From: Candidatus Lustribacter sp.
Lineage (GTDB): Bacteria > Vulcanimicrobiota > Vulcanimicrobiia > Vulcanimicrobiales > Vulcanimicrobiaceae
Direction: 5' to 3'
DNA: 64,000 nt
Assembly: GCA_965277805.1 (NCBI GenBank)
Contig: OZ255842.1
Coordinates: 32,001 to 96,000 of the forward strand
The notes beneath the pieces were generated by a model that saw only the letters and a program-made list of their open reading frames with translations, was not told the DNA's origin and searched no databases. Positions 39,788 through 48,444 of the stretch are shown piece by piece; position 1 is the first letter of the stretch, and each line of letters starts with the position of its first letter. The position numbers were made by a program, and so were the translations under genes.

Positions 39788-40297
39788 ATGACCACTATGA
39801 CCGTTGTCGGCGGGCTTGCCCGCTGGATGCATTTCTTTTTCGGCGTGATGTGGATCGGGTTGCTGTATTACTTCAATTTCGTCCAAGCGCAAGCGGTCGC
39901 GGAAGCGAATGCCGCCGCTCCCGGTACCGCCGCACCGATCGTGAAATACGTTTTGCCCCGCGCGCTGTTCTACTTCCGCTGGGCGGCCGTCATCACGTGG
40001 ATCATGGGCGCGATCTTGCTCGGAACGCTGGGTGACGGCACCGGGTTCGTGAAGGCGTTCACCTTCCAGGCACCGTTCACCGGAATCGGCATCGGCGCGT
40101 GGCTCGGTACGATCATGCTGATCAACGTCTGGACGTTCATCTGGATGAACCAGAAGAAGGTCATCGGCCTCACGCCGGCGACCGACGAAGAGAAGAACGT
40201 CGCGCGCCGCGTTGCGTTCCTCGCATCGCGCACCAACACGATGCTCTCGATCCCGATGCTGTTCTTCATGGCCACCGGGTACTCACACCACTTCTAG
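39788..40297 (+). CDS. PuuD-like (urate oxidase N-terminal) membrane protein, no cytochrome c domain
   Basis: RWMH..GVMWIGLLYYFNFVQ; FRWAA; GTIMLINVW; SRTNTMLSIPML. Confidence 0.8.
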   Translation: MTTMTVVGGLARWMHFFFGVMWIGLLYYFNFVQAQAVAEANAAAPGTAAPIVKYVLPRALFYFRWAAVITWIMGAILLGTLGDGTGFVKAFTFQAPFTGIGIGAWLGTIMLINVWTFIWMNQKKVIGLTPATDEEKNVARRVAFLASRTNTMLSIPMLFFMATGYSHHF

Positions 40298-40298
40298 A

Positions 40299-41150
40299 TC
40301 AGGACAGGCGTTCGGCCGCCGTCACGACGTTGCGCATCAGCGCAACGTTGGTGACGGGACCGACCCCGCCCGGAACCGGCGTAATCTCGCCGGCTATTTC
40401 GGCCACCTCTGCGAACGCGACGTCGCCGGTCAGTTTTCCGTCGACGAACGTCGTGCCGACGTCGATCACCGTCGCGCCCGGCATCACCATATCGGCTTTG
40501 ATCATGTTCGGAATGCCCGTTGCGACGACGAGCACATCCGCATCGCGCGTATGATGCTGCAGGTCGGCGGTTTTTCCGTGCGTGATCGTCACGGTTGCGT
40601 TCGCGCGCATCATCAGCAGCGCCACCGGTAGCCCGATCACGGACGAACGCCCGACCATGCACGCGCGCGCGCCGGTTAGCGGCCAGCGCGAACTGTGCTC
40701 GAGCAGCGACATCACCGCGGCCGGCGTCGCCGGCACGAACTCCGTGCCGCTGCCGAAGGCTAAGCGCCCCTGATTGATGGGGTTTGCGCCGTCGACGTCC
40801 TTGTGCGGCGGCATCGCATCCGCGATCGCGCGAATGTCCAGATGCTTCGGCAACGGCTGCTGCAAGATGATGCCGTGCACGGCGGGATCGGCACCGAGGC
40901 GTTCGAGCAGCGCACGCACCTCGCGCGCCGCGCTGTCGGCGGGGATGGCGTCGACCGTCACCGCGATGCCGGTCCGCGCACCTTCGCGCACGAGGCTCTG
41001 CACGTAGGCCATGCTCGATGCGTCTTCGCCCGCAATCGCGACGACGAGGTGCGGTTCCACACCCCGTGCGCGCAAGGCCGCGCTGCGTGAGGCGACAGCA
41101 AGCCGCAGCTCCGCTGCGTGGGAGCGTCCATCCAAGATCGTCGCCGGCAT
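40299..41150 (-). CDS. folD: Methylenetetrahydrofolate dehydrogenase/cyclohydrolase
   Basis: HGIILQQPLP, KDVDG, PATP, GRSSVIG, TPVPGGVGP. Confidence 0.96.
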   Translation of the reverse strand: MPATILDGRSHAAELRLAVASRSAALRARGVEPHLVVAIAGEDASSMAYVQSLVREGARTGIAVTVDAIPADSAAREVRALLERLGADPAVHGIILQQPLPKHLDIRAIADAMPPHKDVDGANPINQGRLAFGSGTEFVPATPAAVMSLLEHSSRWPLTGARACMVGRSSVIGLPVALLMMRANATVTITHGKTADLQHHTRDADVLVVATGIPNMIKADMVMPGATVIDVGTTFVDGKLTGDVAFAEVAEIAGEITPVPGGVGPVTNVALMRNVVTAAERLS

Positions 41151-41201
41151 CGCGGAGCGCGTTCGGGCGGATAGGGGGGCAATCTTTCCGAAGTTCGCCG
41201 G

Positions 41202-41738
41202 GTGCTCCGAATATTATCCGTTGCTGCGGCCGTGCTCGCCGGAATGCTTGTGTCGGGATGCTATTCCGGCGGCGGACCGGCCCACAGCGTGGACGGCGGC
41301 GGCGGTCCGGCGATGCTGGCCGGCGCGCCGGCCGTGAGCTACGCGATCCCGCGCGTCGGCGGCGGTTCGGATTCGCTGGCCGCACACCGGGGTTCGATCG
41401 TGGTGATGAATTTCTGGGCCACGTGGTGCCCGCCGTGCAAAGAAGAGATGCCGGCGCTCGAATCGCTCTACCGCAGCGAACGTGGCCATGGCCTGGTCGT
41501 GCTCGGGATCGATCAAGGCGAATCGGCTGCCACCGCCGGCGCGTTCGCGAAGGCGCATGGCGTGACGTTTCCGATTCTCGTCGATGCGGATCAGCAGTAC
41601 GCGTCGAGTTACGTGTCGGTCGGCTTGCCGACGACGGTGATCGTCGGACGCGACGGGCACGTCGTGCGCGGCATCGACGGCGCCCAAACGCTGCAGCAAT
41701 TCCACGCGCTCGTCGGACCGTTGTTGGCCGCGAAGTGA
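41202..41738 (+). CDS. TlpA/ResA-like thiol-disulfide reductase lipoprotein
   Basis: Lipobox VSGC; NFWATWCPPCKEEMP; LPTT. Confidence 0.92.
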   Translation: MLRILSVAAAVLAGMLVSGCYSGGGPAHSVDGGGGPAMLAGAPAVSYAIPRVGGGSDSLAAHRGSIVVMNFWATWCPPCKEEMPALESLYRSERGHGLVVLGIDQGESAATAGAFAKAHGVTFPILVDADQQYASSYVSVGLPTTVIVGRDGHVVRGIDGAQTLQQFHALVGPLLAAK

Positions 41739-42694
41739 ACGCGCGCGCGACCGCGATCGCGTTTGCGCTGTTGGCGATCGTCTTGACGGTCGCGCAAGAC
41801 GTCTACCCTGCGCGCGACTGGTACCACGGCTGGCAGTATACGACGATCCTCGCGATCGCGATCGGCGTCATGGTCATGCACGTGCTGCGCGCGTGGCGCG
41901 GCGGCGACGGTCCGCGCGGCAAACGCATCGCCCTCGCACTCGCCGGCGCGATCGCGGTCGCCGTTGCGGGTCTGCTCTCGGGTTTGCTGGGTCCCGACAA
42001 TGTCACGGTGTTCGGCACGCCCGGGACGGTCACGCCGGTGCCGGATCTCGGCGTCGCGGCGTTCTTTGCGCCGGCCGATCCGCAAACGCTGCCGCGCGGC
42101 GACGCGACGGTGACGCTGCGCCGCCGGAATGCAAGCCCGGTCGACGTCGGTGCGAAACCCGTGCCGATCGGACTATGGATCGCGTTCACGCAACTGCGGC
42201 CGGCCGCGTATGTCGTCGTGCGCGACGATCGCGGCAATCGCCTGACGATCACGCAGCCCAACAACCCGTCGTTCCTCTCGCCGGTGATTCTGTTTCGCCA
42301 GTCGCAACAGATCCACTCGCAGACGTTCCCGCTCGACACCTTCGCCGTACCGGCGCTCCAGCGCGTCGTGCACGTCCTCTACTTCACCCCGGCCGACCTC
42401 GCCGCGTTCCCGCACGATCCGTCCGCATCGCCGCCGAACGAACCCGGCGCGATCCTCTCCGTCAGCGACGACGCGGGCGCGCAACACGGCATCACCCTCG
42501 CGCTATCGGGCCGCGAAACCGTCATCGGCGGCCTCCACATCACGATCACCCTCGGCACCTATCCCGTCCTCCAACTCGCCTCCGCCCCCCAACCCGTTGT
42601 GGTCATCGCCGGCCTAGCCCTATTCTTGCTCGCCGGCGCCTGGACGCTGCTCGCGACCACTGTCGTTCCGAGCGAAGCGCCGCAAGGCGCGTAG
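41735..42694 (+). CDS. Membrane protein (3 N-terminal TM, periplasmic domain, C-terminal TM; ResB-like topology)
   Basis: GTGA overlap with tlpA; hydropathy pattern; family assignment inferred. Confidence 0.6.
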   Translation: MNARATAIAFALLAIVLTVAQDVYPARDWYHGWQYTTILAIAIGVMVMHVLRAWRGGDGPRGKRIALALAGAIAVAVAGLLSGLLGPDNVTVFGTPGTVTPVPDLGVAAFFAPADPQTLPRGDATVTLRRRNASPVDVGAKPVPIGLWIAFTQLRPAAYVVVRDDRGNRLTITQPNNPSFLSPVILFRQSQQIHSQTFPLDTFAVPALQRVVHVLYFTPADLAAFPHDPSASPPNEPGAILSVSDDAGAQHGITLALSGRETVIGGLHITITLGTYPVLQLASAPQPVVVIAGLALFLLAGAWTLLATTVVPSEAPQGA

Positions 42695-42760
42695 ACGAGG
42701 AATCCGCCACAATCGTTCGTTGCCGAGAGCCGGCGCCGTACGGTGGAGGCGACGCGCGGG

Positions 42761-44092
42761 TTAGTAGTCGGTGGTGCTGGCGAAGGTGAAGCGGTTGAAT
42801 TTTACGGCGGGGGTGACGAGGGCGTAGGAGTAGCCGCCGGTGCGGTGCTGGTCGTTGGAGAACGCGCATGAGTCGAGCGCGTCGACGAGTGATTGGTTGA
42901 AGCGCAGGTTGCGCACGCCGCGGGTGAGTTTGCCGTCTTCGATCAGGAACGTGCCGTCGCGGGTCATGCCGGTGAGGATCGTTTTGCGCTGGTCGACGAT
43001 GCGCGTGTACCACAGACGCGTGACGAGCAGGCCGCGTTTCGTGCCGGCGATCAGCTCGTCGAGCGATGACGTGCCGGGGTCGACGACGAGGTCGGTGGGA
43101 TACGGTCCGTGCGCGTTCGGTGCCGGCAAGCCGTGCCCGGTGTTCGGCCGATCGAGTTTGCGCGCCCATGTACTGTCTGTTACGACCGTGCGCGCGATGC
43201 CGTTTTCGATCAGCGCCACGCGTTCTTTCGGCGCACCTTCCCAGTCGAACGGCGCATCGGGGTGCAACGGGTGCGCGTAATCGTCGCGGATCGTCACGCC
43301 GGTGCCCATCACGCGCTCGCCGAGGCGGCCGCTGAGAAACGACGAGCCCTCGTCGTACGATTGCGCGGAGAAGTGGCTGCCCAAAAACATCACCAGTTCG
43401 CCGAATGCCGGCGGTTCGAGGATCACCGTCCACTCGCCGGGGTCGACCGAGACCGGATCGGCGCTGGCGCGCGCTTTTGCGGCGGCACGTGCGCCGAGCG
43501 CGGTGCCGTCGAGCACGCGTGCATCCGGCGCGTAGCGCTCGGCGAAGCCGGTCGAGTCGCCGGCCGTCATCTTCACGTTGGCGCCGCTTTCGGTGCCGTC
43601 GAACGACGCATGGGCGCCCGCGCTGTTCGCGATCGTCAGGCCCCCGGCGGACGTCGTGACGTAGCCCGAGCACCAGCAGCCGTTGTTTGCTGCTTCGGTG
43701 AAGATCGCGGCGGCGACGTTCGCACGCTCATCAGCCGTCGCATTGGCGGTTGCGTCGATGTAGGCTGCGGGCGGCGCGCTCGCTTCGGCGCGCGCGACCA
43801 GCACCGGCGCTTCCGCCGGACGCGGCGCGAAGCCGGCGATATCCATCGCGCGCTGCACGACCGCATCGATCGCGGCGTCATCGCCGGCGTTGGTCGTGGC
43901 GACGCCGGTGCGTCCGTCGACGATCGTGCGCACGCGAATCGAGAGGTTCTCGATGTCGACGTTCTGGTGAATGAACTCGTGGGTGAAGCGCGTCAGCGCG
44001 CGGTGGTCGCTGGTGACGATCGCTTCGGTGGCATCGGCCCGCGAGCGCTCGAGCACGCGCGCCGCGAGGGCCCGGCGTGCATCAGCGTCCAT
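42761..44092 (-). CDS. TldD/PmbA family protein (PmbA/TldE-like)
   Basis: PGEWTVILEP, FDWEG, TGHG, TGMTRDG. Confidence 0.9.
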   Translation of the reverse strand: MDADARRALAARVLERSRADATEAIVTSDHRALTRFTHEFIHQNVDIENLSIRVRTIVDGRTGVATTNAGDDAAIDAVVQRAMDIAGFAPRPAEAPVLVARAEASAPPAAYIDATANATADERANVAAAIFTEAANNGCWCSGYVTTSAGGLTIANSAGAHASFDGTESGANVKMTAGDSTGFAERYAPDARVLDGTALGARAAAKARASADPVSVDPGEWTVILEPPAFGELVMFLGSHFSAQSYDEGSSFLSGRLGERVMGTGVTIRDDYAHPLHPDAPFDWEGAPKERVALIENGIARTVVTDSTWARKLDRPNTGHGLPAPNAHGPYPTDLVVDPGTSSLDELIAGTKRGLLVTRLWYTRIVDQRKTILTGMTRDGTFLIEDGKLTRGVRNLRFNQSLVDALDSCAFSNDQHRTGGYSYALVTPAVKFNRFTFASTTDY

Positions 44093-45533
44093 AGCCGACT
44101 CCGACCGCGACGTTGCGGAAGCGCGCGGGCGCCGCGGCTTGCGTCGTGCGTCCGGTCTGCATCGGTTCGCCCTTACCGCAATTCGGCGTGCCCCACTCGA
44201 ACCACGATGCGGCGTCGGCGATCGCATCGCACGAATTCCAGAACACGGGCGTCACGCCGCCATAGGTGGGATTTTTCAGCATCCGGCCGCGTTTGCCGTT
44301 CTTGATCTCCCAGCCGATCTGCGTGCCGAACTGGAAGTTCAGGCGGCGGTCGTCGATCGACCACGAGCGGTTCGCTTCCATGTATACGCCGTCGCGCACG
44401 TCGTCGAACAGGTTCTCGAACGGCATGGTGCCGGGCAGCAAGTTCAAGTTGCACATGCGGATCATGGGCACGTGTTCCCAGCTCTCGGCGCGCACGCACG
44501 ACGTCGACGTGCTGCCGATCTGTTCGGCGGTGTCGCGCGAGCTCTCGAAGCCGACCAGAATGCCGTCGCGAATGACGTCGGCGCGCACGCTCTTCGTGCC
44601 CTCGTCGTCGTAGCCCACCGTTGCGAAACCGCGCGGCATCGTGTTGTCGATTTCGATCGTGACGATCGGCGAACCGTAGTGCAGTTTCCCGCGTTCGGCC
44701 GGATCGAGAAAACTCGTGCCGCTGAAGTTCGCTTCCCAGCCCATGATGCGGTCGAGCTCGGCCGCATGACCGCACGACTCGTGAATTTGCAGCGACACCT
44801 GCGAGCCGCCGAGGATGACGTCCATCGTGCCGCTCGGACATTGCGGCGCGGCGAGCAGTTGATGCGCCTCTTCCCCGATGCGCGGGGCGTTCTCGCGCAG
44901 CTCGGCGAGTTCGAGCACCTCCCAGCCGCCGCCGAAGTACATCCCGCGATCGCCGGGCCACATGCGCACTTGCGCGTCGCCGTCGCCGACTGCCATCGCC
45001 GAGATCGCACCGCCGCTCTGGTAGATCGTTTGCGCGATGCGCGAGCCGATCGAGGAGTAGAATTCCTTATCGGTGCGCCACAGGTCGAGCCACGCGCGTC
45101 CGACGGCGACGCTCGGGGCGCTGTGCAACGCGCGCTCGGCGTCGAGCAGAAGCGCGACGCGTTCGCCCAGCGGCACCGCGGCCGGATCGCGCTCGCACGG
45201 GGTGACGTAGCGGTCGACGTAAGCATCGACCGGCATCGTCCCGATGCGCCGGCGGCTAGCCGCGGCACCGGCCCGGGCCATAGCCACCGCGCGCGCGGCT
45301 GCTGCGTCGATGGAAGCGTCGTCGAACCGCGCGCTGGCGGCGAAGCCCCAGGCCCCGTCGACGAGCGCGCGGAGCCCGTAGCCCTCGCTGTGGTTGTCGC
45401 TGAAGTCCGCGACGTCGCCGTTGCGGACCTCGATGTGCTCGCTGCGGGTGCGTTCGAACCGGACGTCCGCATAGGCCGCCCCGCGCGCCAGGGCGGTATC
45501 GAGAGCGCGCTCAGCTCGGGCCGAAAAATCCAT
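44082..45533 (-). CDS. tldD: TldD metalloprotease
   Basis: IHESCGHAAE, YDDEG, PMIRM, NCGKGEP. Confidence 0.92.
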   Translation of the reverse strand: MDFSARAERALDTALARGAAYADVRFERTRSEHIEVRNGDVADFSDNHSEGYGLRALVDGAWGFAASARFDDASIDAAAARAVAMARAGAAASRRRIGTMPVDAYVDRYVTPCERDPAAVPLGERVALLLDAERALHSAPSVAVGRAWLDLWRTDKEFYSSIGSRIAQTIYQSGGAISAMAVGDGDAQVRMWPGDRGMYFGGGWEVLELAELRENAPRIGEEAHQLLAAPQCPSGTMDVILGGSQVSLQIHESCGHAAELDRIMGWEANFSGTSFLDPAERGKLHYGSPIVTIEIDNTMPRGFATVGYDDEGTKSVRADVIRDGILVGFESSRDTAEQIGSTSTSCVRAESWEHVPMIRMCNLNLLPGTMPFENLFDDVRDGVYMEANRSWSIDDRRLNFQFGTQIGWEIKNGKRGRMLKNPTYGGVTPVFWNSCDAIADAASWFEWGTPNCGKGEPMQTGRTTQAAAPARFRNVAVGVGYGR

Positions 45534-45663
45534 TCCGGCGAGGTACGGCGCCCGGCCACGGCTCCCCGCCAGGGCAGGCAACTGCGGGAGCAATGCACGG
45601 TTGCCGATAATTCTCATGGAAAGCGCATACCGCTTGCTCGCGTCCGTCCAGTAGGATCGTTCT

Positions 45664-46221
45664 GTGAAGCATTTTCTGGCCACCGTCTCGCTGGTCGCAC
45701 TTTCGGCTTCTGCCGCGAGTGCCGCCGCCACGCCCTCGCCGAATCCTCACGCTAAACCCGTCATCCCGCACGTGGTGTTTTTGAAGTATCGCGTTGCGCC
45801 CGCCGATGAATATTTCGGCCGGCTCAAACTGAGCATCCTCGGCATTCGCAACACGATCAAGGACATGGGCCTCAAGGCCGATGCCGATTCTTCGCGCGCC
45901 GCGAACGTCGTGATGGGTTCAGTCGGGTTGACCGAAGACGCGATCCACGACTGGGAGAAGAAGTACCCGCAAGACAGTTGGATCCCGGCGACGATTTTTT
46001 CGCTCGAGCGCCTGTACGCGAAAGTCGATAGCGACGATGCGCGCGCGCACGCGAAGATCACGATGGCGTGGCTCGTGCACGACTATCCGGCCAGCCCGCC
46101 GGCGAAGATCGGCAAGAAAGAGCTCGCGCAAAATCTCGTCGGCGCCAAACCCGCGCCGCTGCAGAGCGCGTCAACGGTGGTCGCCAATCCCGACGGCACG
46201 CTGCCGATCCCGGCAAAATAG
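45664..46221 (+). CDS. Secreted hypothetical helical protein
   Basis: Signal peptide; APADEYFGRLKLSILGIRN; followed by terminator. Confidence 0.75.
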   Translation: MKHFLATVSLVALSASAASAAATPSPNPHAKPVIPHVVFLKYRVAPADEYFGRLKLSILGIRNTIKDMGLKADADSSRAANVVMGSVGLTEDAIHDWEKKYPQDSWIPATIFSLERLYAKVDSDDARAHAKITMAWLVHDYPASPPAKIGKKELAQNLVGAKPAPLQSASTVVANPDGTLPIPAK

Positions 46222-46224
46222 CTA

Positions 46225-46276
46225 GCGCAAGCGAAAAAAAAGGCCTCCGTTTTTACGGAGGCCTTTTCGTTTGCGC
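46225..46276. terminator. Bidirectional intrinsic terminator
   Basis: A8-GGCCTCCGT-TTTT-ACGGAGGCC-TTTT. Confidence 0.92.
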
Positions 46277-46297
46277 AGTTCGCGCGACTCTAGTCGA

Positions 46298-47695
46298 TTA
46301 GAACTTGAGTCCGAGACCGAGGTACGCACCACCGTGGGTGGCGGCCGACGGTGCCAGGTTGCCTGCACGCAGCGAGTCGCCTTCATATCCGCCATCAAGG
46401 AAGATGCCGAATCCGGTGAACGAGCCGATGGTGTACGTTGCGCCGACCTGATACTTCAGGTCGCGATAGGCGAACTGTTGTCCGGCGAAGCCCGGCGAGA
46501 CAGAAGCCGGCAACGATGCCGAGACGTTGGGATAGTACCAGACGCTGCCGTAGATCGAGAACGGTTGATCGAGATCCGGGAGTTTTTCAATCCCGAAGCC
46601 GACGCCGCCCTGACGCGGGTAGCCGTAGTTTTCCGAACGCGAGAGGTAGCCGATGCCGACATAGATGCGCGGATCGACGACCTTGAGGCCGAAGCGTCCG
46701 TCGATGTCGGTGTCCGTGGCCCGGAAGCCTGGGACGTAGGTAGCTCCCGCGCTACCGATCTGGGTGACGAAGCCCTGACCAGCCGGGTCGGCGCACGTTC
46801 CCGCGTTGTACGCGGCGACCGGGCATCCGTTGTGCTGGTACTGGTAGCTGCGGTAGTCGCCTTCGACCATCCAGGGAAGACCGAACGCCGGGAACTCGAT
46901 CGCACCACGCGCGTCGAACGAATTCGTTGCGCCTTGGATGTTGCTCGAGAACTCGTTGTACACGGCGGGCTTGAAGATATAGTCGCCCACCACGAAGTGT
47001 TCGTAGTTGACCGGCTTCGGCGTCGGAGTCGGCGACGGGGTCGGCGGCGGCGGCGGCGGAGGAGGAGTGGGCTTCGGGGTCGGCTTCGGCGTCGGCGGTG
47101 CCGTCGGCGGTGCCGTGGGCGGCGGGGTCGGGACCGGAGCCGCTACGTAGCGGACGACGACGACCTTCTTCTCGGGAACCCACTGGACGTAGGCGCCCAT
47201 GCCTTCGGAAATGACGCGGACCGGAACCACGATCGCACCCTTGTAGATCTCGGGCGGAACGTCGAGCGGACGCGATTCGCCATTGATGACGACTTCGGGT
47301 TTGCCGACAGTCACTTTGACGTCGGAGCCGGGCTTCGAGACGTCGGCCGTCTTCGAAGCGGGATCGTACGAAACCGTTGCACCCATCTGTTCGAACATCG
47401 AGCGCAGCGGGACGAGGATTTCGTTGCCGCGCACGAGCGCAGCGAGAACGCGGTTTTGCTTCAGACGATCGGGTTTCGAATAAACGTGTTGATCGTTGAA
47501 GAGGATCGGCACTTCGCCGGACGGCGGCGTACCGAAGTCAGCGGGCGGCATCGACATTGCCTGCGCCACAGTTTTCGGGGTTGCGAGCGTTCCAATGTTT
47601 CCATTCGCAGCCGTCGTTTGTGCGGCGGAGACCGACGATAGCCCGAAGCCTACGGCGACGATCGCCGCAAGCACCCCGGTGCTCAGTCGTTTCAA
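46298..47695 (-). CDS. Copper amine oxidase N-terminal (stalk) domain + Pro-rich linker + probable OM beta-barrel
   Basis: VPLRSMFEQMGATVSYD; VPVRVISEGMGA; PT-rich linker; C-terminal YLGLGLKF. Confidence 0.85.
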   Translation of the reverse strand: MKRLSTGVLAAIVAVGFGLSSVSAAQTTAANGNIGTLATPKTVAQAMSMPPADFGTPPSGEVPILFNDQHVYSKPDRLKQNRVLAALVRGNEILVPLRSMFEQMGATVSYDPASKTADVSKPGSDVKVTVGKPEVVINGESRPLDVPPEIYKGAIVVPVRVISEGMGAYVQWVPEKKVVVVRYVAAPVPTPPPTAPPTAPPTPKPTPKPTPPPPPPPPTPSPTPTPKPVNYEHFVVGDYIFKPAVYNEFSSNIQGATNSFDARGAIEFPAFGLPWMVEGDYRSYQYQHNGCPVAAYNAGTCADPAGQGFVTQIGSAGATYVPGFRATDTDIDGRFGLKVVDPRIYVGIGYLSRSENYGYPRQGGVGFGIEKLPDLDQPFSIYGSVWYYPNVSASLPASVSPGFAGQQFAYRDLKYQVGATYTIGSFTGFGIFLDGGYEGDSLRAGNLAPSAATHGGAYLGLGLKF

Positions 47696-47868
47696 ATTTC
47701 TCTCCTGATAGTGACGTGGGGAAATGAATATAGGACTTGCCCGTCCCGGACAGGCGGTCAGTCACGAGGATCGACGGTGTTAACGCCTCCCTGCCGTGCA
47801 GCCGGTACCCAAGAATAGGGCAGATCAATCGCACCAGGGCTCAGCCCTGGGCATGCTCCTAAGGGCTA

Positions 47869-47895
47869 CAACGCCACCGAGCCCGGTAAGGTTCC
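47869..47895 (-). promoter_or_regulatory. ECF-sigma-type promoter
   Basis: GGAAC-N17-CGTTG about 170 nt upstream of the envelope protein gene. Confidence 0.55.
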
Positions 47896-47923
47896 ATCGA
47901 CTGCGGGGGGTACCGGGGGCCGG

Positions 47924-48322
47924 CTAGCTGCCGAGCTTTTCCTCGAGACGCTCTTTGAATTTCTCACGGGTGGTCACGTAGCGCTCGTGGGTGCCGTCGG
48001 CGACCTTTTCGCGCTCGTCGAAGGTGGAGAACGCGAATTCGACCCGCTTGCCGTCGACCTTGATGATCTCGACCTCGGTTCGCACGATCAGGCCGACCGG
48101 GGTCGCCGAGAGGTGGGCGATGTCCACGTGGGTCCCCAGGCTGATTTCGTTCGCGTCCATTAGCGGGGCCAGGCACTGCATCGAGGCATCCTCGACCAGC
48201 TGGAGCAGCTGTGGCGTGGAGAGGACGTCGACCCCGCGGTTACCAGCCTTCTCGGCCGTCATCCATTCCTCAACCCGCGTCTGACTCTGGTAGGTACGAC
48301 CCACGTCGATCTTGTCGCGCAT
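47924..48322 (-). CDS. FlK-like hotdog thioesterase
   Basis: VLSTP..VE; GTHVDIAHLSATPVG; GTHER. Confidence 0.88.
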   Translation of the reverse strand: MRDKIDVGRTYQSQTRVEEWMTAEKAGNRGVDVLSTPQLLQLVEDASMQCLAPLMDANEISLGTHVDIAHLSATPVGLIVRTEVEIIKVDGKRVEFAFSTFDEREKVADGTHERYVTTREKFKERLEEKLGS

Positions 48323-48342
48323 CCTCTCCCCCCTCTACGCGT

Positions 48343-48366
48343 TGCAACCTGATGAATCATTTTGCA
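48343..48366. promoter_or_regulatory. Imperfect palindrome, possible efflux-operon operator
   Basis: TGCAAccTGATgaATCAttTTGCA (9/12 pairs). Confidence 0.4.
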
Positions 48367-48444
48367 CATCCCTCCGGTAGGTGAGTTAGTGGTGCGTCGC
48401 AACGTGCCGGTGCAATCCCAGGTGATTGAGGTAAAAGGAGTATC

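Noticed and set aside
43971-45755. 594-aa ORF opposite tldD (likewise 49908-51647, 46271-47641, 9797-10816)
   Set aside because: Arg/Ala-rich codon-mirror ORFs without family motifs
42761-46221. TldD/PmbA as part of a RiPP cluster
   Set aside because: No precursor peptide, YcaO or other maturase nearby
47020-47135. GGCGGC/GGCGTC tandem repeats
   Set aside because: Encode a Pro/Thr linker; not a CRISPR or independent repeat
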